Of a DNA stretch of 24,897 nucleotides, positions 8,803 through 18,035 are shown one piece after another. The DNA is from a virus (Duplodnaviria > Caudoviricetes), in IMG/VR virus record IMGVR_UViG_3300035682_002155, positions 1 through 24,897 of that record; one strand, given 5' to 3'. The notes beneath the pieces are model-generated. The model did no database searches and was not told the DNA's origin. It saw only the letters and a program-made list of their open reading frames with translations. The first letter of the stretch is position 1. Every line of letters starts with the position of its first letter. Position numbers and translations under genes: made by a program.

Positions 8803-9234
8803 ATGAGTTTATATAAAGAATTTTCATCTCTATTACCTTATTTACAATCTGTGAGAAAACTAGAAAACTATTTAAGTTTTGACGTTAGTTTTCCAACTAC
8901 TTGGAAATTACCTAAAAAATATGTTGATGAAGAAAAAGTGATGGAACAAGGTAGTAAAGTTGAGAATCATAGATTTTTTTCTTTTGTGTCTGAAATCTCT
9001 GAAGAAAATGTTGGGATAATTTCTGATAATTTAAAAAATATAATTCGATACAATCTTGAATTAGAAGAAAAAGATAAATTATTTCAAAATAAAGTTAATG
9101 AATTAAAGTCCATTTTTGAAAAACAAAATTTAAATAATTTAAAAGATTTAAGTTTTGAAATGAACCCAAAAGTGACTAAAATAAAATTAGATGATGGGGA
9201 AGAAAGCGTTAAAGGAACTGGAGTTACTGAATAA
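8803..9234 (+). CDS. Hypothetical protein
   Basis: 143-aa ORF within the operon; C-terminal coiled coil. Confidence 0.7.
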   Translation: MSLYKEFSSLLPYLQSVRKLENYLSFDVSFPTTWKLPKKYVDEEKVMEQGSKVENHRFFSFVSEISEENVGIISDNLKNIIRYNLELEEKDKLFQNKVNELKSIFEKQNLNNLKDLSFEMNPKVTKIKLDDGEESVKGTGVTE

Positions 9235-9391
9235 AGATATTATTAAACGTGAAATTATTTTAAAGAGAGAAAAAGAAAATTTCATTAATAAAATTAAACA
9301 AATAAAAAAAGAAGATATTCTCCCAAAACCACCTGAAGAACCTAAAAAATTAACACTATGGCAGAAACTAATAAAAGTATTGATGGGATAA
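9191..9391 (+). CDS. Hypothetical basic protein
   Basis: 66-aa ORF bridging its neighbours; ends with amphipathic LTLWQKLIKVLMG. Confidence 0.55.
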   Translation: MMGKKALKELELLNKDIIKREIILKREKENFINKIKQIKKEDILPKPPEEPKKLTLWQKLIKVLMG

Positions 9392-9612
9392 TTGAAAAAT
9401 TGGCACTTGTTGCTGATGGATTACAAACATTATTTCCGGATGGTGTTATGGCAATTGCCATGGAACTTAAATATGATGATTATAAAAAAGTTCAAAAAAA
9501 TTTTAGAGATGTTGATAGAAATTTTAAACAATTTAAAATTGATATGTCTGGAGTGGAATTTATGTTTTTATTGAAGGATGGGTCGTTGTCTGACGTTGTA
9601 AGTAACTCTTAG
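9358..9612 (+). CDS. Hypothetical protein
   Basis: 84-aa ORF; 3' end overlaps the convergent gene. Confidence 0.6.
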   Translation: MAETNKSIDGIIEKLALVADGLQTLFPDGVMAIAMELKYDDYKKVQKNFRDVDRNFKQFKIDMSGVEFMFLLKDGSLSDVVSNS

Positions 9613-10204
9613 AAAACCCATTTTCAATTAATAAATTATAAAGATATTTTCTTTGTGTGTTGGAATAATCTTTAACAAACATAGAATCAAATCGTTTTTG
9701 TTCCATAAATAATTCTGATATAACATCAATAAATCTACTTGAGTCATAATCATTTTTTAATGTGAATAAATAAAATTTATCATCATTCTGAACAACAATT
9801 TTATTATTTAGTTTTGACACTAATTTAAACCCGACTGGGTCTAAATATAACTTAATAAACTCTAACGAGTTTATTTTTTTATTTAGGGTTATGTCTAAAA
9901 TAAATTCCTCAGTGTGATATGGTTTTATTCTTTTTATGGAAAATTCGTCATCATCTAAATTTACTTTTATATTTCGTCCTAGTTCATCTTTTAAAAATAC
10001 AGGTAAAAAAGTACCTGAAGTTTTTTCAAGGATAGCTATTTCGTAATTAAATGAAAAACCATTTTCAAATTGTTTATTAAAAATAACCTCATCACTTTCT
10101 AATAATAAAGATTCGTAGAAATTATTTGCTCTATTTGAGGTCTTAAATTTCTTGATTATTTTCTTTTTTACTTTATTTTTGAATAGAACAATTAAATAAT
10201 TCAT
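9560..10204 (-). CDS. Hypothetical protein
   Basis: Long ORF; start reassigned to ATG 10204 (MNYLIVLF) to avoid overlap with dnaJ. Confidence 0.7.
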   Translation of the reverse strand: MNYLIVLFKNKVKKKIIKKFKTSNRANNFYESLLLESDEVIFNKQFENGFSFNYEIAILEKTSGTFLPVFLKDELGRNIKVNLDDDEFSIKRIKPYHTEEFILDITLNKKINSLEFIKLYLDPVGFKLVSKLNNKIVVQNDDKFYLFTLKNDYDSSRFIDVISELFMEQKRFDSMFVKDYSNTQRKYLYNLLIENGFSKSYLQRQTTTHPSIKT

Positions 10205-10242
10205 AATGTATAATTTAACTTTAAATATAAAATAAGTAAAGA

Positions 10243-11157
10243 ATGGAAGATTTTTATCAAATATTGGGTGTTGGCGAAAATGCGACACAGGACGAAATAA
10301 AAAAGTCATATAGAAAATTGGCGATAGAACACCATCCGGATAAAGGTGGTGATGAAAATAAGTTTAAAAAGATTTCAGAAGCCTATGATACGATAAGTGA
10401 CGAAAATAAACGAAGTCAATACGATAACCAAAGAAGAAATCCTTTCGCTAATATGGGAGGTGGTGGATTTAATCCTTTTGAGGAAATGTTTAATCAAATG
10501 AATCATGCTCAAAGAAAACGAGCGGTCCCTGATAAAATAGTTGAAGTTATTGTTGGTGCTGTTGAATCATATAATGGAAGTGAAAAAACTATAACCTATA
10601 ACCGAAATCATAATTGTGGTGGGTGTAATGGTAGTGGTGGGGAAAGAATGACTTGTTCTAATTGTGGTGGGCAAGGTGTTATTACCCAACAAATTGGTAC
10701 GGGTTTATTTACTCAAATAATTAGACAGAGTTGTGGTGTTTGTGGTGGTAAAGGATTTTCTTATAAAACTACTTGTGGGACTTGTCACGGTAGTACAACA
10801 ACGTCTAATGTTGAGACAATATCGATTAAATTACCGAATGGGATTGATGAGGGTCAATTTTTAAGAGTTCAAGAAAAAGGTGATTTTAAGGATGGTATGT
10901 ATGGTAATTTAGTGGTTAAAGTTAAAATTGTTCCTGAAAATAATTTTGAAAAATCGATGGATGATTTAATTTATAACTCTTATTTTGATTTAAATTCTTT
11001 AAAAGAGGATACAGTTAAAGTTCCTCACCCATTAGGAAACATTTCAATTAAATTACCGGAAGAGTTTGATACTTCAAAACCATTAAGAGTTAAAGGTAAG
11101 GGGTACCATGGTAAAGGTGATTTATATATAAAACTATTTGTAAGATTTAAAAGATAA
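10243..11157 (+). CDS. dnaJ: DnaJ chaperone (J domain, Zn finger, C-terminal domain)
   Basis: DFYQILGV, HPDKGG, short G/F region, four CxxCxG repeats, C-terminal G..GDLYI. Confidence 0.93.
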   Translation: MEDFYQILGVGENATQDEIKKSYRKLAIEHHPDKGGDENKFKKISEAYDTISDENKRSQYDNQRRNPFANMGGGGFNPFEEMFNQMNHAQRKRAVPDKIVEVIVGAVESYNGSEKTITYNRNHNCGGCNGSGGERMTCSNCGGQGVITQQIGTGLFTQIIRQSCGVCGGKGFSYKTTCGTCHGSTTTSNVETISIKLPNGIDEGQFLRVQEKGDFKDGMYGNLVVKVKIVPENNFEKSMDDLIYNSYFDLNSLKEDTVKVPHPLGNISIKLPEEFDTSKPLRVKGKGYHGKGDLYIKLFVRFKR

Positions 11158-11184
11158 CCCCAATAAAAGGGGTTATTTTTTTTT
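11154..11184. terminator. Terminator between convergent genes
   Basis: ATAACCCC (11154-11161) / GGGGTTAT (11169-11176) plus long T-run. Confidence 0.75.
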
Positions 11185-11398
11185 AAGGTATAATATTAAT
11201 TAGTTCTCCTATTATTTTAACTGTTCCATATATTGATGAGAATAGTATATAAAATGATGCGGATAGCATAACCCACTGTCCTTTGGTCAAACCTTTTTGT
11301 TTACAGGTTTCACATTCTTTTTCAGGTTGTTCTGATTGTTCGGGTCCGATATCGATGATATCTTTTTCGTCTATAATTTGACTTTCAACTTGTTCCAT
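11183..11398 (-). CDS. Small membrane protein with CxxC before a C-terminal TM
   Basis: ECETCKQKG then a hydrophobic helix; TATTTAT on the minus strand at 11421-11427. Confidence 0.65.
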   Translation of the reverse strand: MEQVESQIIDEKDIIDIGPEQSEQPEKECETCKQKGLTKGQWVMLSASFYILFSSIYGTVKIIGELINIIP

Positions 11399-11453
11399 AT
11401 TTTTTAAATTTTGATTTAAAATAAATATAGTGTTTTTTTTTTAAAAGAGAAAC

Positions 11454-11484
11454 TTGCTTTTTCACTTTTTATTTCTTATACTTT
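11454..11484 (+). promoter_or_regulatory. Sigma70-like promoter candidate
   Basis: TTGCTT-N17-TATACT upstream of the methyltransferase. Confidence 0.45.
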
Positions 11485-11500
11485 AAAAAAAAGTAAAAAT

Positions 11501-12346
11501 ATGATAAGTTATATTGGTGGTAAGAGTAAAATGCAAACATTCATAATTCCGTTCATCCCAAAGGATGTTGAAAACTTCGTTGAGGTTTTTGGTGGGATGA
11601 TGTGGGTGTTTTTTGGTATGAAATTAGAAGATTATCCAAATCTAAAAAAAATAGTGTATAATGATTTTAATCCTCTGAATCATAATCTATTTCGTTGTGT
11701 CATTAATCATCAAAGATTATTGGAAGAGTGTGAGAAATTGATAGTACAGGAGAAAGATGTTGTTCCGACAAGTCCAATCTGTGGTGAGAATTTTTATTTA
11801 TTTCAGAATGAAATTTACTCAGATGATTTAGAATTTGATGAACCTGATTATGAGATTGCGGCAAAATATGTTTATGTTTTAACACAAGTGTTCTCAGGGG
11901 CTAACCCATCCAAATCAAAATTTATTGATTTAAAAGGTAAGTACCATTCAAAATTCACATCGTTTAAAAATAAATTAAAGAAACCGGAATGGCAAAAATT
12001 ATTTGAAAACATTACTCACGTGGAGAATATGGATTTCCAAGAGGTGATTGAAAAGTATGATGGAACAACAACTTATTTTTATGTTGACCCCCCATATTAT
12101 ATTGTTGGTGAAGGGAGTTATTATTCAAAACATGATTTTGGAAGAGAAGACCACGAGAGATTGGCGGATTGTTTAAAAGGTATTCAAGGTAAGTTCTCTT
12201 TATCTTATTATGATTTCCCCCAATTACACGATTGGTTCCCGGAAACAGAATTTGTGTGGGAAAGAAAACTATTTGCAAAGGCTGCTGCAGCAAAGAAAGG
12301 TAAAACTCAAAATATGGGTGAGGAATTACTTATTATGAATTATTAA
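11501..12346 (+). CDS. dam: Dam-like (D12 class) DNA adenine methyltransferase
   Basis: YIGGKS, motif I-like FVEVFGG, VYNDFN, ENMDF, motif IV YVDPPY, LSYY, EELLIMNY. Target sequence cannot be inferred. Confidence 0.88.
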   Translation: MISYIGGKSKMQTFIIPFIPKDVENFVEVFGGMMWVFFGMKLEDYPNLKKIVYNDFNPLNHNLFRCVINHQRLLEECEKLIVQEKDVVPTSPICGENFYLFQNEIYSDDLEFDEPDYEIAAKYVYVLTQVFSGANPSKSKFIDLKGKYHSKFTSFKNKLKKPEWQKLFENITHVENMDFQEVIEKYDGTTTYFYVDPPYYIVGEGSYYSKHDFGREDHERLADCLKGIQGKFSLSYYDFPQLHDWFPETEFVWERKLFAKAAAAKKGKTQNMGEELLIMNY

Positions 12347-12352
12347 AAATGA

Positions 12353-12383
12353 TTTGGATATTAAAAAAATAGTATTATCTTTG
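12353..12383 (+). promoter_or_regulatory. Bacteroidota housekeeping-type promoter
   Basis: TTTG-N19-TATCTTTG. Confidence 0.7.
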
Positions 12384-12435
12384 TACTCTCAAATAAAAGT
12401 AAATAACATTTATTGAATTATTTACAAAAAACAAA

Positions 12436-12442
12436 TATTTAT
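12436..12442 (+). promoter_or_regulatory. TATTTAT motif, putative late promoter
   Basis: Intergenic, 17 nt before ATG 12460. Confidence 0.6.
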
Positions 12443-12459
12443 AATAAAAAACAATTAAA

Positions 12460-13872
12460 ATGAAGATTACAAAAGTTTTATCAAAATTAATTACTGAAGA
12501 TGCTCGTTTTCAGGTATTGTATAAAAAATATGTATTGCCTAGTGGTGATAGAAAAAAAGGTATATTACCTTTTGAGATTGTTAAAAGTATAGTTTTTGCT
12601 GACCCAACAACAAGAGTTCCTCAAAATTATGATATTGATGGAGCCTCAATTGAGGATATGACAAGTGATTCTATTAAAGTTGGTAAATATACTCAATGGA
12701 TGTTGAATATATTTGTTAAACCACATTTAACAAGTGAAGATGGTGAACCTATTGAGGTTGGTACTGAGGTATATAAAAGAGATGCTACTGAATACAGACG
12801 ACATTTTATGGAAGATTTACCTCAATTCAAAGATTTATTAACAAAATACGAAAGATTTAAGGGTAGTTTGGTTGATTCGTCTAAGAAAGATATTAACACT
12901 ATTAAATCATTCCCTGAATTATCTCAATTACAGGTTAAAGTTGGTAATGATACAGTTGATTTGGGTGCGTATCGAGGTAAAAAAGTTAAAAAAGAGGTGG
13001 GTGCTGATGCTAAAACAAACTTTAATTTCCCTGGTTCTGAAATTTTAAAAGTTGGTACGGATTATACTTTAATTAGAATTTCGGATAAAGGTGATTTAGG
13101 TTCTAAGGCGGCGTCTTATTTTGGTGGGTATAGTGGTGGTCTTGATAGAGGAGAAAGTAATTGGTGTACAGCGGCTGAAGGTAGTTCTCATTCCCATGGA
13201 TATAGACAAAATGGTCCGTTATATATCTTCATGGCTAATGATGATAAAGGTCAGGTGGGTCAAGTTACGGGGTTACCAACAGAAAGATATCAAATACACT
13301 TTCCAAGTAATCAATTTAAGAGTCGTGACCAATATTCTGCTGGAGGTAATGTTCCAATTGTTGAATGGTTAAATGGTAAATGGGGTGAATTCAAAGAATT
13401 GTTAAAACCTGAATTTGCTGCTGGGTTTGTTAAACAAAATATTGGTGGTGGTGGAGATAAAGTTGATATTAAATATCCTGATTCCGCAACAGGTAAATTC
13501 ATTGCTTTATATGGTTTTGATGAGTTATTTAATGTATTACCTGATTCAATTGTTGAATTGAATGTTATTAATACATCTAATGAACCTATTAATCTCACAA
13601 TACCTGAATCTATTAGTCGTTTCAAAAACATAAAATCAATTTTATTTGATAATGTGATTAGTGAATTACCTGATTCAATATGTGAGTTAAAAAATCTATA
13701 TTTTCTTGCTTTACCAAATAATAAAAATTTAAAATCAATTCCGGATTGTGTTATGACATCTTTTCCGAATCTTGTAATTATTAACTTAGTTGGTAGTAAC
13801 CCAAATGTTAAAATTCCTGAAAAAATGAAAGACCATTTCTTTGAGAATATGATGTATTATTTTGAAGAATAA
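12460..13872 (+). CDS. Multidomain protein with WCT-motif domain and C-terminal leucine-rich repeats
   Basis: SNWCTAA..GPLYI..RYQIHF..QF segment; LRR units IPESISRFKNIKSILF, LPDSICELKNLYFLALPNN, IPDCV..FPNLVIINLVGSN. Confidence 0.75.
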   Translation: MKITKVLSKLITEDARFQVLYKKYVLPSGDRKKGILPFEIVKSIVFADPTTRVPQNYDIDGASIEDMTSDSIKVGKYTQWMLNIFVKPHLTSEDGEPIEVGTEVYKRDATEYRRHFMEDLPQFKDLLTKYERFKGSLVDSSKKDINTIKSFPELSQLQVKVGNDTVDLGAYRGKKVKKEVGADAKTNFNFPGSEILKVGTDYTLIRISDKGDLGSKAASYFGGYSGGLDRGESNWCTAAEGSSHSHGYRQNGPLYIFMANDDKGQVGQVTGLPTERYQIHFPSNQFKSRDQYSAGGNVPIVEWLNGKWGEFKELLKPEFAAGFVKQNIGGGGDKVDIKYPDSATGKFIALYGFDELFNVLPDSIVELNVINTSNEPINLTIPESISRFKNIKSILFDNVISELPDSICELKNLYFLALPNNKNLKSIPDCVMTSFPNLVIINLVGSNPNVKIPEKMKDHFFENMMYYFEE

Positions 13873-13888
13873 ATAAAAAAAAACTATT

Positions 13889-14179
13889 ATGAAAAATGTT
13901 GACGTTGAAATCTACATTAATCAATTTATAACTTTCTTTAATAACAACCCCAATGACTTAATTGAGTTAATTGGGGATGTTTTAAAGGACGACTTCTACG
14001 ACAGAGTAAAACAACAATCATTAGATAATATTGAGAAAGGTGAGGATGTTTCCTTAACTCAAAAACAAATTATATCTATTGTTGTGGCTCTTAAACAATC
14101 TCAAAATGATGAGGTTGATATGGATAAAATCAAATCCATAATTTATCACACACAATTTGCTCATTTTTCCCTTAATTAA
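13889..14179 (+). CDS. Hypothetical protein
   Basis: 96-aa ORF with A-rich leader. Confidence 0.7.
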   Translation: MKNVDVEIYINQFITFFNNNPNDLIELIGDVLKDDFYDRVKQQSLDNIEKGEDVSLTQKQIISIVVALKQSQNDEVDMDKIKSIIYHTQFAHFSLN

Positions 14180-14211
14180 TTTGTATATTCAAATTTAATA
14201 TCTTACTTTTG
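14180..14211 (+). promoter_or_regulatory. Bacteroidota housekeeping-type promoter
   Basis: TTTG-N20-TACTTTTG. Confidence 0.7.
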
Positions 14212-14229
14212 TGGTTCAAAATAAACCTG

Positions 14230-15993
14230 ATGAAAGAAGAATTATTTAATTATACCGTAAAGAAATATCAAGTATCGGAATACTTGGATACCAATCCTAT
14301 TCGACCTCTTAAAAAAGAGGTTCAGGATGATTTTTGGGGGGTAATTGAAACTACTATGAGTTCAACTAAAAACTCAAGTTATACGCCTTGGGGTGACTTT
14401 ACCTTTAAAGAGGATTACGATACAGAAGAAAAATTTGTGGAACATTACGGAAACCCACTTGCTCAATTATATTTGAGTAGGGCGATTATCTGTGTGACTA
14501 AAGAGAATGATAAAGTTTCCTTCAAGATATTTGATTATAGTAAAACAAGACGTGTTGCTGGTAAATGGTTTAAATTAAGAACTAAATGTCAATTCATCAC
14601 ATTCAACTATAAAACAAATGCGTTATACACAGGTTCATTACAGAATTATCATTTAAAAACAAAATGTCGTAAAAAAATTAGAAGAGTTCTTTTCAATAGT
14701 GACCCTATTAATAATATGAGACGATATTTGAGAGAATCATTCAATTCAATAGTTGATAAAAATAAAGTTGATATCCCAACAATAGTTAATCAGGTAATCT
14801 CAACCTTTGTTAATGCCATTCCCGGAACTGAACTATATTCTGACTTACTTCCTGAACAAAGAATCTATAAAAGATATTTGGACGCTCAAGGAATTAAAAC
14901 CCCAAACAATTGGTTTGAACTTATGAATACCTATCCCCAACCAAAGAAGAAAGATTTGGTGAAGTGTGAGTATAAATATATTGACGCTCTAATGAGGGTT
15001 CATAATTTAAAGGGGGATAAAGTTAAAAGGGTATTACATAACGTTAAATCATTTGAGGGTGTAAATAATTTTACCAATGCTTGTTCAATATTTGGAGATA
15101 AGTTTATTTTAAATCAACCGGACGAGTTTGTTCAATTGTTACTGGAGAAGTCTCAACCCGGATTTCATAATAATATTGGAAAAGGATTGTTAACCAAAAA
15201 AGAATTCTCTAATTTCTTTGAAATATATAAATTATTTCAAAAAGGATTAGTTAATAATAATGTGATTGAAGACCACTTTAGATTTTATCGTTTATTGGAC
15301 GAAATGGAACCGGTTAAATGGACTTCAAGGACTCACGATGAGTTTGTTCAAGAACATTATGATTGGTCGGAAAAATATAACCATTACACAAACGGAGATT
15401 TCAATAGAATTTACAACCGAGGGTTTGTAGATAAAATAAATGAGGTTATCTTAACCAAAGATGGTCCATATTTCCCGGAGGTGTTAACAACATCCAAACG
15501 ATATAACAACGAGTCGTTCTTCCAAAACAATTGTGTTAAGACATATGTTAAACGTGTGGGTTCTGTGTTGATATCACTAAGACGTGGTGAGGCAGAAACT
15601 GAAGAAAGAGCGTCAATTGAAATTGAAGTAACTCCGCTTGTGTGGCCGGATGAAATGTATTTTAATTTAAGACGAGTTCAAACCTTGGGAAAACGTAACA
15701 GTAGGTTAGATAATAGTTGGGATGATGTTTTGGGTAAATTAGATGATAGAATTGAATATATTGTTCGTGAGAAATTGTTTGATACATTACAGATTGATGG
15801 TGAATTTGGGGGGAGAAAAATTTTCTCAGATTACGAAATTAAAGAGTATGACAGAACCGGATACAATACGGGTGTAACAAATATCAAAAAAGGTGTTTAT
15901 TTAGGGTGGAAAAACGATTCAATTATGAAATTAAATTCATATAATTATAATGTTGTTCCGATAGAGAATGATGAAAACTTATTTGATTATTAA
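14230..15993 (+). CDS. PcfJ-like domain protein
   Basis: C-terminal EHYDW...ESFFQNNCVKTY..LISLR..RASIEI..VQTLGKRN resembles the PcfJ EG..M.HCV..Y pattern. Start moved to ATG 14230 because GTG 14209 lies in the -7 box. Confidence 0.7.
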   Translation: MKEELFNYTVKKYQVSEYLDTNPIRPLKKEVQDDFWGVIETTMSSTKNSSYTPWGDFTFKEDYDTEEKFVEHYGNPLAQLYLSRAIICVTKENDKVSFKIFDYSKTRRVAGKWFKLRTKCQFITFNYKTNALYTGSLQNYHLKTKCRKKIRRVLFNSDPINNMRRYLRESFNSIVDKNKVDIPTIVNQVISTFVNAIPGTELYSDLLPEQRIYKRYLDAQGIKTPNNWFELMNTYPQPKKKDLVKCEYKYIDALMRVHNLKGDKVKRVLHNVKSFEGVNNFTNACSIFGDKFILNQPDEFVQLLLEKSQPGFHNNIGKGLLTKKEFSNFFEIYKLFQKGLVNNNVIEDHFRFYRLLDEMEPVKWTSRTHDEFVQEHYDWSEKYNHYTNGDFNRIYNRGFVDKINEVILTKDGPYFPEVLTTSKRYNNESFFQNNCVKTYVKRVGSVLISLRRGEAETEERASIEIEVTPLVWPDEMYFNLRRVQTLGKRNSRLDNSWDDVLGKLDDRIEYIVREKLFDTLQIDGEFGGRKIFSDYEIKEYDRTGYNTGVTNIKKGVYLGWKNDSIMKLNSYNYNVVPIENDENLFDY

Positions 15994-15994
15994 T

Positions 15995-16318
15995 ATGAAA
16001 GAAATACCACAACATTGCGTAGATACCTTTAAAGAAAGATTTGGGGTTCACCCTAGTTTAGTTGAATATTCTACGGTATTGAATAAAACTGATGTTGATT
16101 CATTATTAAGTAAATCACACTTAATTTGGTATCAAGATTTTATTGATGATAATAAAAATGTTGTTCCAAGACATAAGTTATACGAATATGATTCAACCGG
16201 GGTTTTAATATATATAAAATATGTTGGAAAGATATTTATTTTGACAAAGGTGGATAAAAAAAATGTGGTGGATTATACACTACAACAATTAAAACGATTA
16301 ACAACAAAAAAAATTTAA
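15995..16318 (+). CDS. Hypothetical protein
   Basis: ORF; start at the TAA-T-ATG junction (15995). Confidence 0.65.
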   Translation: MKEIPQHCVDTFKERFGVHPSLVEYSTVLNKTDVDSLLSKSHLIWYQDFIDDNKNVVPRHKLYEYDSTGVLIYIKYVGKIFILTKVDKKNVVDYTLQQLKRLTTKKI

Positions 16319-16320
16319 GA

Positions 16321-16644
16321 ATGGAAATTACAACAGAAGAGTTAAAACAAAAAATTGAAAATGGGGATAAATTAATAATTGATTTTTGGGGGGTTCATTG
16401 TGGTCCATGCAAAGTTATGAAACCTATTTTTGATAAAGTATCCGAAGAAATGAGAGGTAAAAATTCAGAAGTTCAACTTTATACTATGGATGTTGCAAAC
16501 AATAGAGATTATGCGGTTGAATTAGGTATTCGTGCTGTCCCCACCGTTAAATCATTCTCAGGTGGTAAAGAAGTTTATTCTCAACCGGGAATGCAAATGG
16601 AAGGACAGATTAAACAATTGGTAACTAATTTAATCAATGGATAA
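16321..16644 (+). CDS. trxA: Thioredoxin
   Basis: IDFWGVHCGPCKVMKP and GIRAVPT; 107 aa. Confidence 0.9.
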   Translation: MEITTEELKQKIENGDKLIIDFWGVHCGPCKVMKPIFDKVSEEMRGKNSEVQLYTMDVANNRDYAVELGIRAVPTVKSFSGGKEVYSQPGMQMEGQIKQLVTNLING

Positions 16645-16924
16645 GTTAGTAATACTTTTCACGATGAAAGGTTGTCCCCACTGTGAAACAATGAAGAACC
16701 AATTAACGGAATCAAATATTCCATTTGAAGTTAGAGATATTAACGAACACGAAGATGAATATGAGATGTTTGTTGAAATCACCGAGAATGAATTTGTTCC
16801 GGCATTTATGGTGGTTGAATCACCGGACACAGATGACCACAAGAGTTATTTATACGCTCCGGATAGAGATTACAACGAGATTGAAGAAGGTGTTGAAATT
16901 ATTAAAGAACATTTTAGAGTATAA
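16637..16924 (+). CDS. Glutaredoxin/NrdH-like redoxin
   Basis: FTMKGCPHC and FVPAF cis-Pro motif. Confidence 0.85.
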   Translation: MDKLVILFTMKGCPHCETMKNQLTESNIPFEVRDINEHEDEYEMFVEITENEFVPAFMVVESPDTDDHKSYLYAPDRDYNEIEEGVEIIKEHFRV

Positions 16925-16954
16925 AAAAATCCCCATTTTATTGGGGATTTTTTA
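16921..16954. terminator. Bidirectional intrinsic terminator
   Basis: AAAAAAATCCCCA / TGGGGATTTTTT between convergent genes. Confidence 0.8.
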
Positions 16955-16955
16955 T

Positions 16956-17774
16956 TTAAAATAGTATCAGGTCTTTTATCTTATCTCTAATAAGCCAAGG
17001 TTTCTCATCAAATGGTTTAGTGATATCATCGATGATATTATAACCTTTAATCATATCATTAAATTTTAACATATCAAAATCAAACACATCCAATATCATA
17101 GAAATAACATCTTTTCGTGGGAATAAACTCATTGAATGAATATCTATTTGGTTATCCTCGTCTTGTTTAACGGACGAATATTTAAAAGTTAACCTGTTAG
17201 TTAGTATTACATCAAATAATTGATTACAGATGTATTCTGAGTAATACATCTCTTGTCTTCCCATACTCAAACTATATCCGTGTGGGAACTCTGATGAGAT
17301 GTTTAATGGTGAGTAGATGTAATACTCTAAATTACTTGTATCGTCTTCAGAATAGTCTAATTCATATTCTAATCGGGAGGTGTAAGAAATGGAGTTGAAT
17401 TTAGGTTGGGGTGACTCAATAATAGAGTTAATTAATGTGTGATGGTAAATAGGTCTTATTGAATTATAAAAATCAAAAGTATAATCGGTCTTCTTAGATA
17501 ATTCTTTACCATACATTATTAGGTCAATCACATTAACATTCTCATAACCAAAATTAGTTAATAATGATTTATGGGATTCAAGGAAAGATTCTTTTACTTT
17601 AACCATATCCAAAATCTTATCAGTGTTGGTCATCCCATTAATCACAAAGAATTTACCACAATCGGTTACTTCAATAACAACATCATATTGTTTATCTTTA
17701 TTTATTTGATTGACGATGTAGTCGGAGAATAAATTAACCAATCCTCTGTTTGAGTTTTCATTTATGTATTTCAT
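16956..17774 (-). CDS. Degenerate S-adenosylmethionine synthetase (MetK)-like protein
   Basis: N- and C-terminal segments align by eye with MetK (NLFSDYIV..VVIEV..FVINGMT; PHGYS; DVFDF; KPW..DK), but catalytic motifs are absent. Confidence 0.5.
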   Translation of the reverse strand: MKYINENSNRGLVNLFSDYIVNQINKDKQYDVVIEVTDCGKFFVINGMTNTDKILDMVKVKESFLESHKSLLTNFGYENVNVIDLIMYGKELSKKTDYTFDFYNSIRPIYHHTLINSIIESPQPKFNSISYTSRLEYELDYSEDDTSNLEYYIYSPLNISSEFPHGYSLSMGRQEMYYSEYICNQLFDVILTNRLTFKYSSVKQDEDNQIDIHSMSLFPRKDVISMILDVFDFDMLKFNDMIKGYNIIDDITKPFDEKPWLIRDKIKDLILF

Positions 17775-17823
17775 ATTTTTAAATTATACGAAATTATATA
17801 GAAATTAATTTTAATTATAAATG

Positions 17824-17848
17824 AAAAAAGGGAACTAAATTGTTCCCT
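17824..17848 (-). terminator. Intrinsic terminator after the small MACGC gene
   Basis: AGGGAAC / GTTCCCT stem with a T-run on the minus strand. Confidence 0.65.
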
Positions 17849-17876
17849 CTAATTTTTTACCCCAAACGTTTAGTAA

Positions 17877-18017
17877 TTACTTTTTGTAATATCGTTCAAC
17901 CACTTTACGAATTGACTCTTGAATAGGTTGTGAAGTCGGTTGACTTTGACCTGTTTGAGTATTCGTTTGTGGTGGTGGAGGAGTCTGATTTCCTTGATTT
18001 TTGCATCCGCAAGCCAT
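17877..18017 (-). CDS. 46-aa protein missing from the ORF track (MACGCK...)
   Basis: MACGCKNQGNQTPPPPQTNTQTGQSQPTSQPIQESIRKVVERYYKK*; A-rich leader and downstream terminator. Confidence 0.7.
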   Translation of the reverse strand: MACGCKNQGNQTPPPPQTNTQTGQSQPTSQPIQESIRKVVERYYKK

Positions 18018-18035
18018 AATTAAATTATTTTAAGT

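Noticed and set aside
10205-10309. Extended N-terminus of the 9560..10309 ORF overlapping dnaJ
   Set aside because: Head-to-head overlap is unlikely; ATG 10204 leaves a normal divergent intergenic region.
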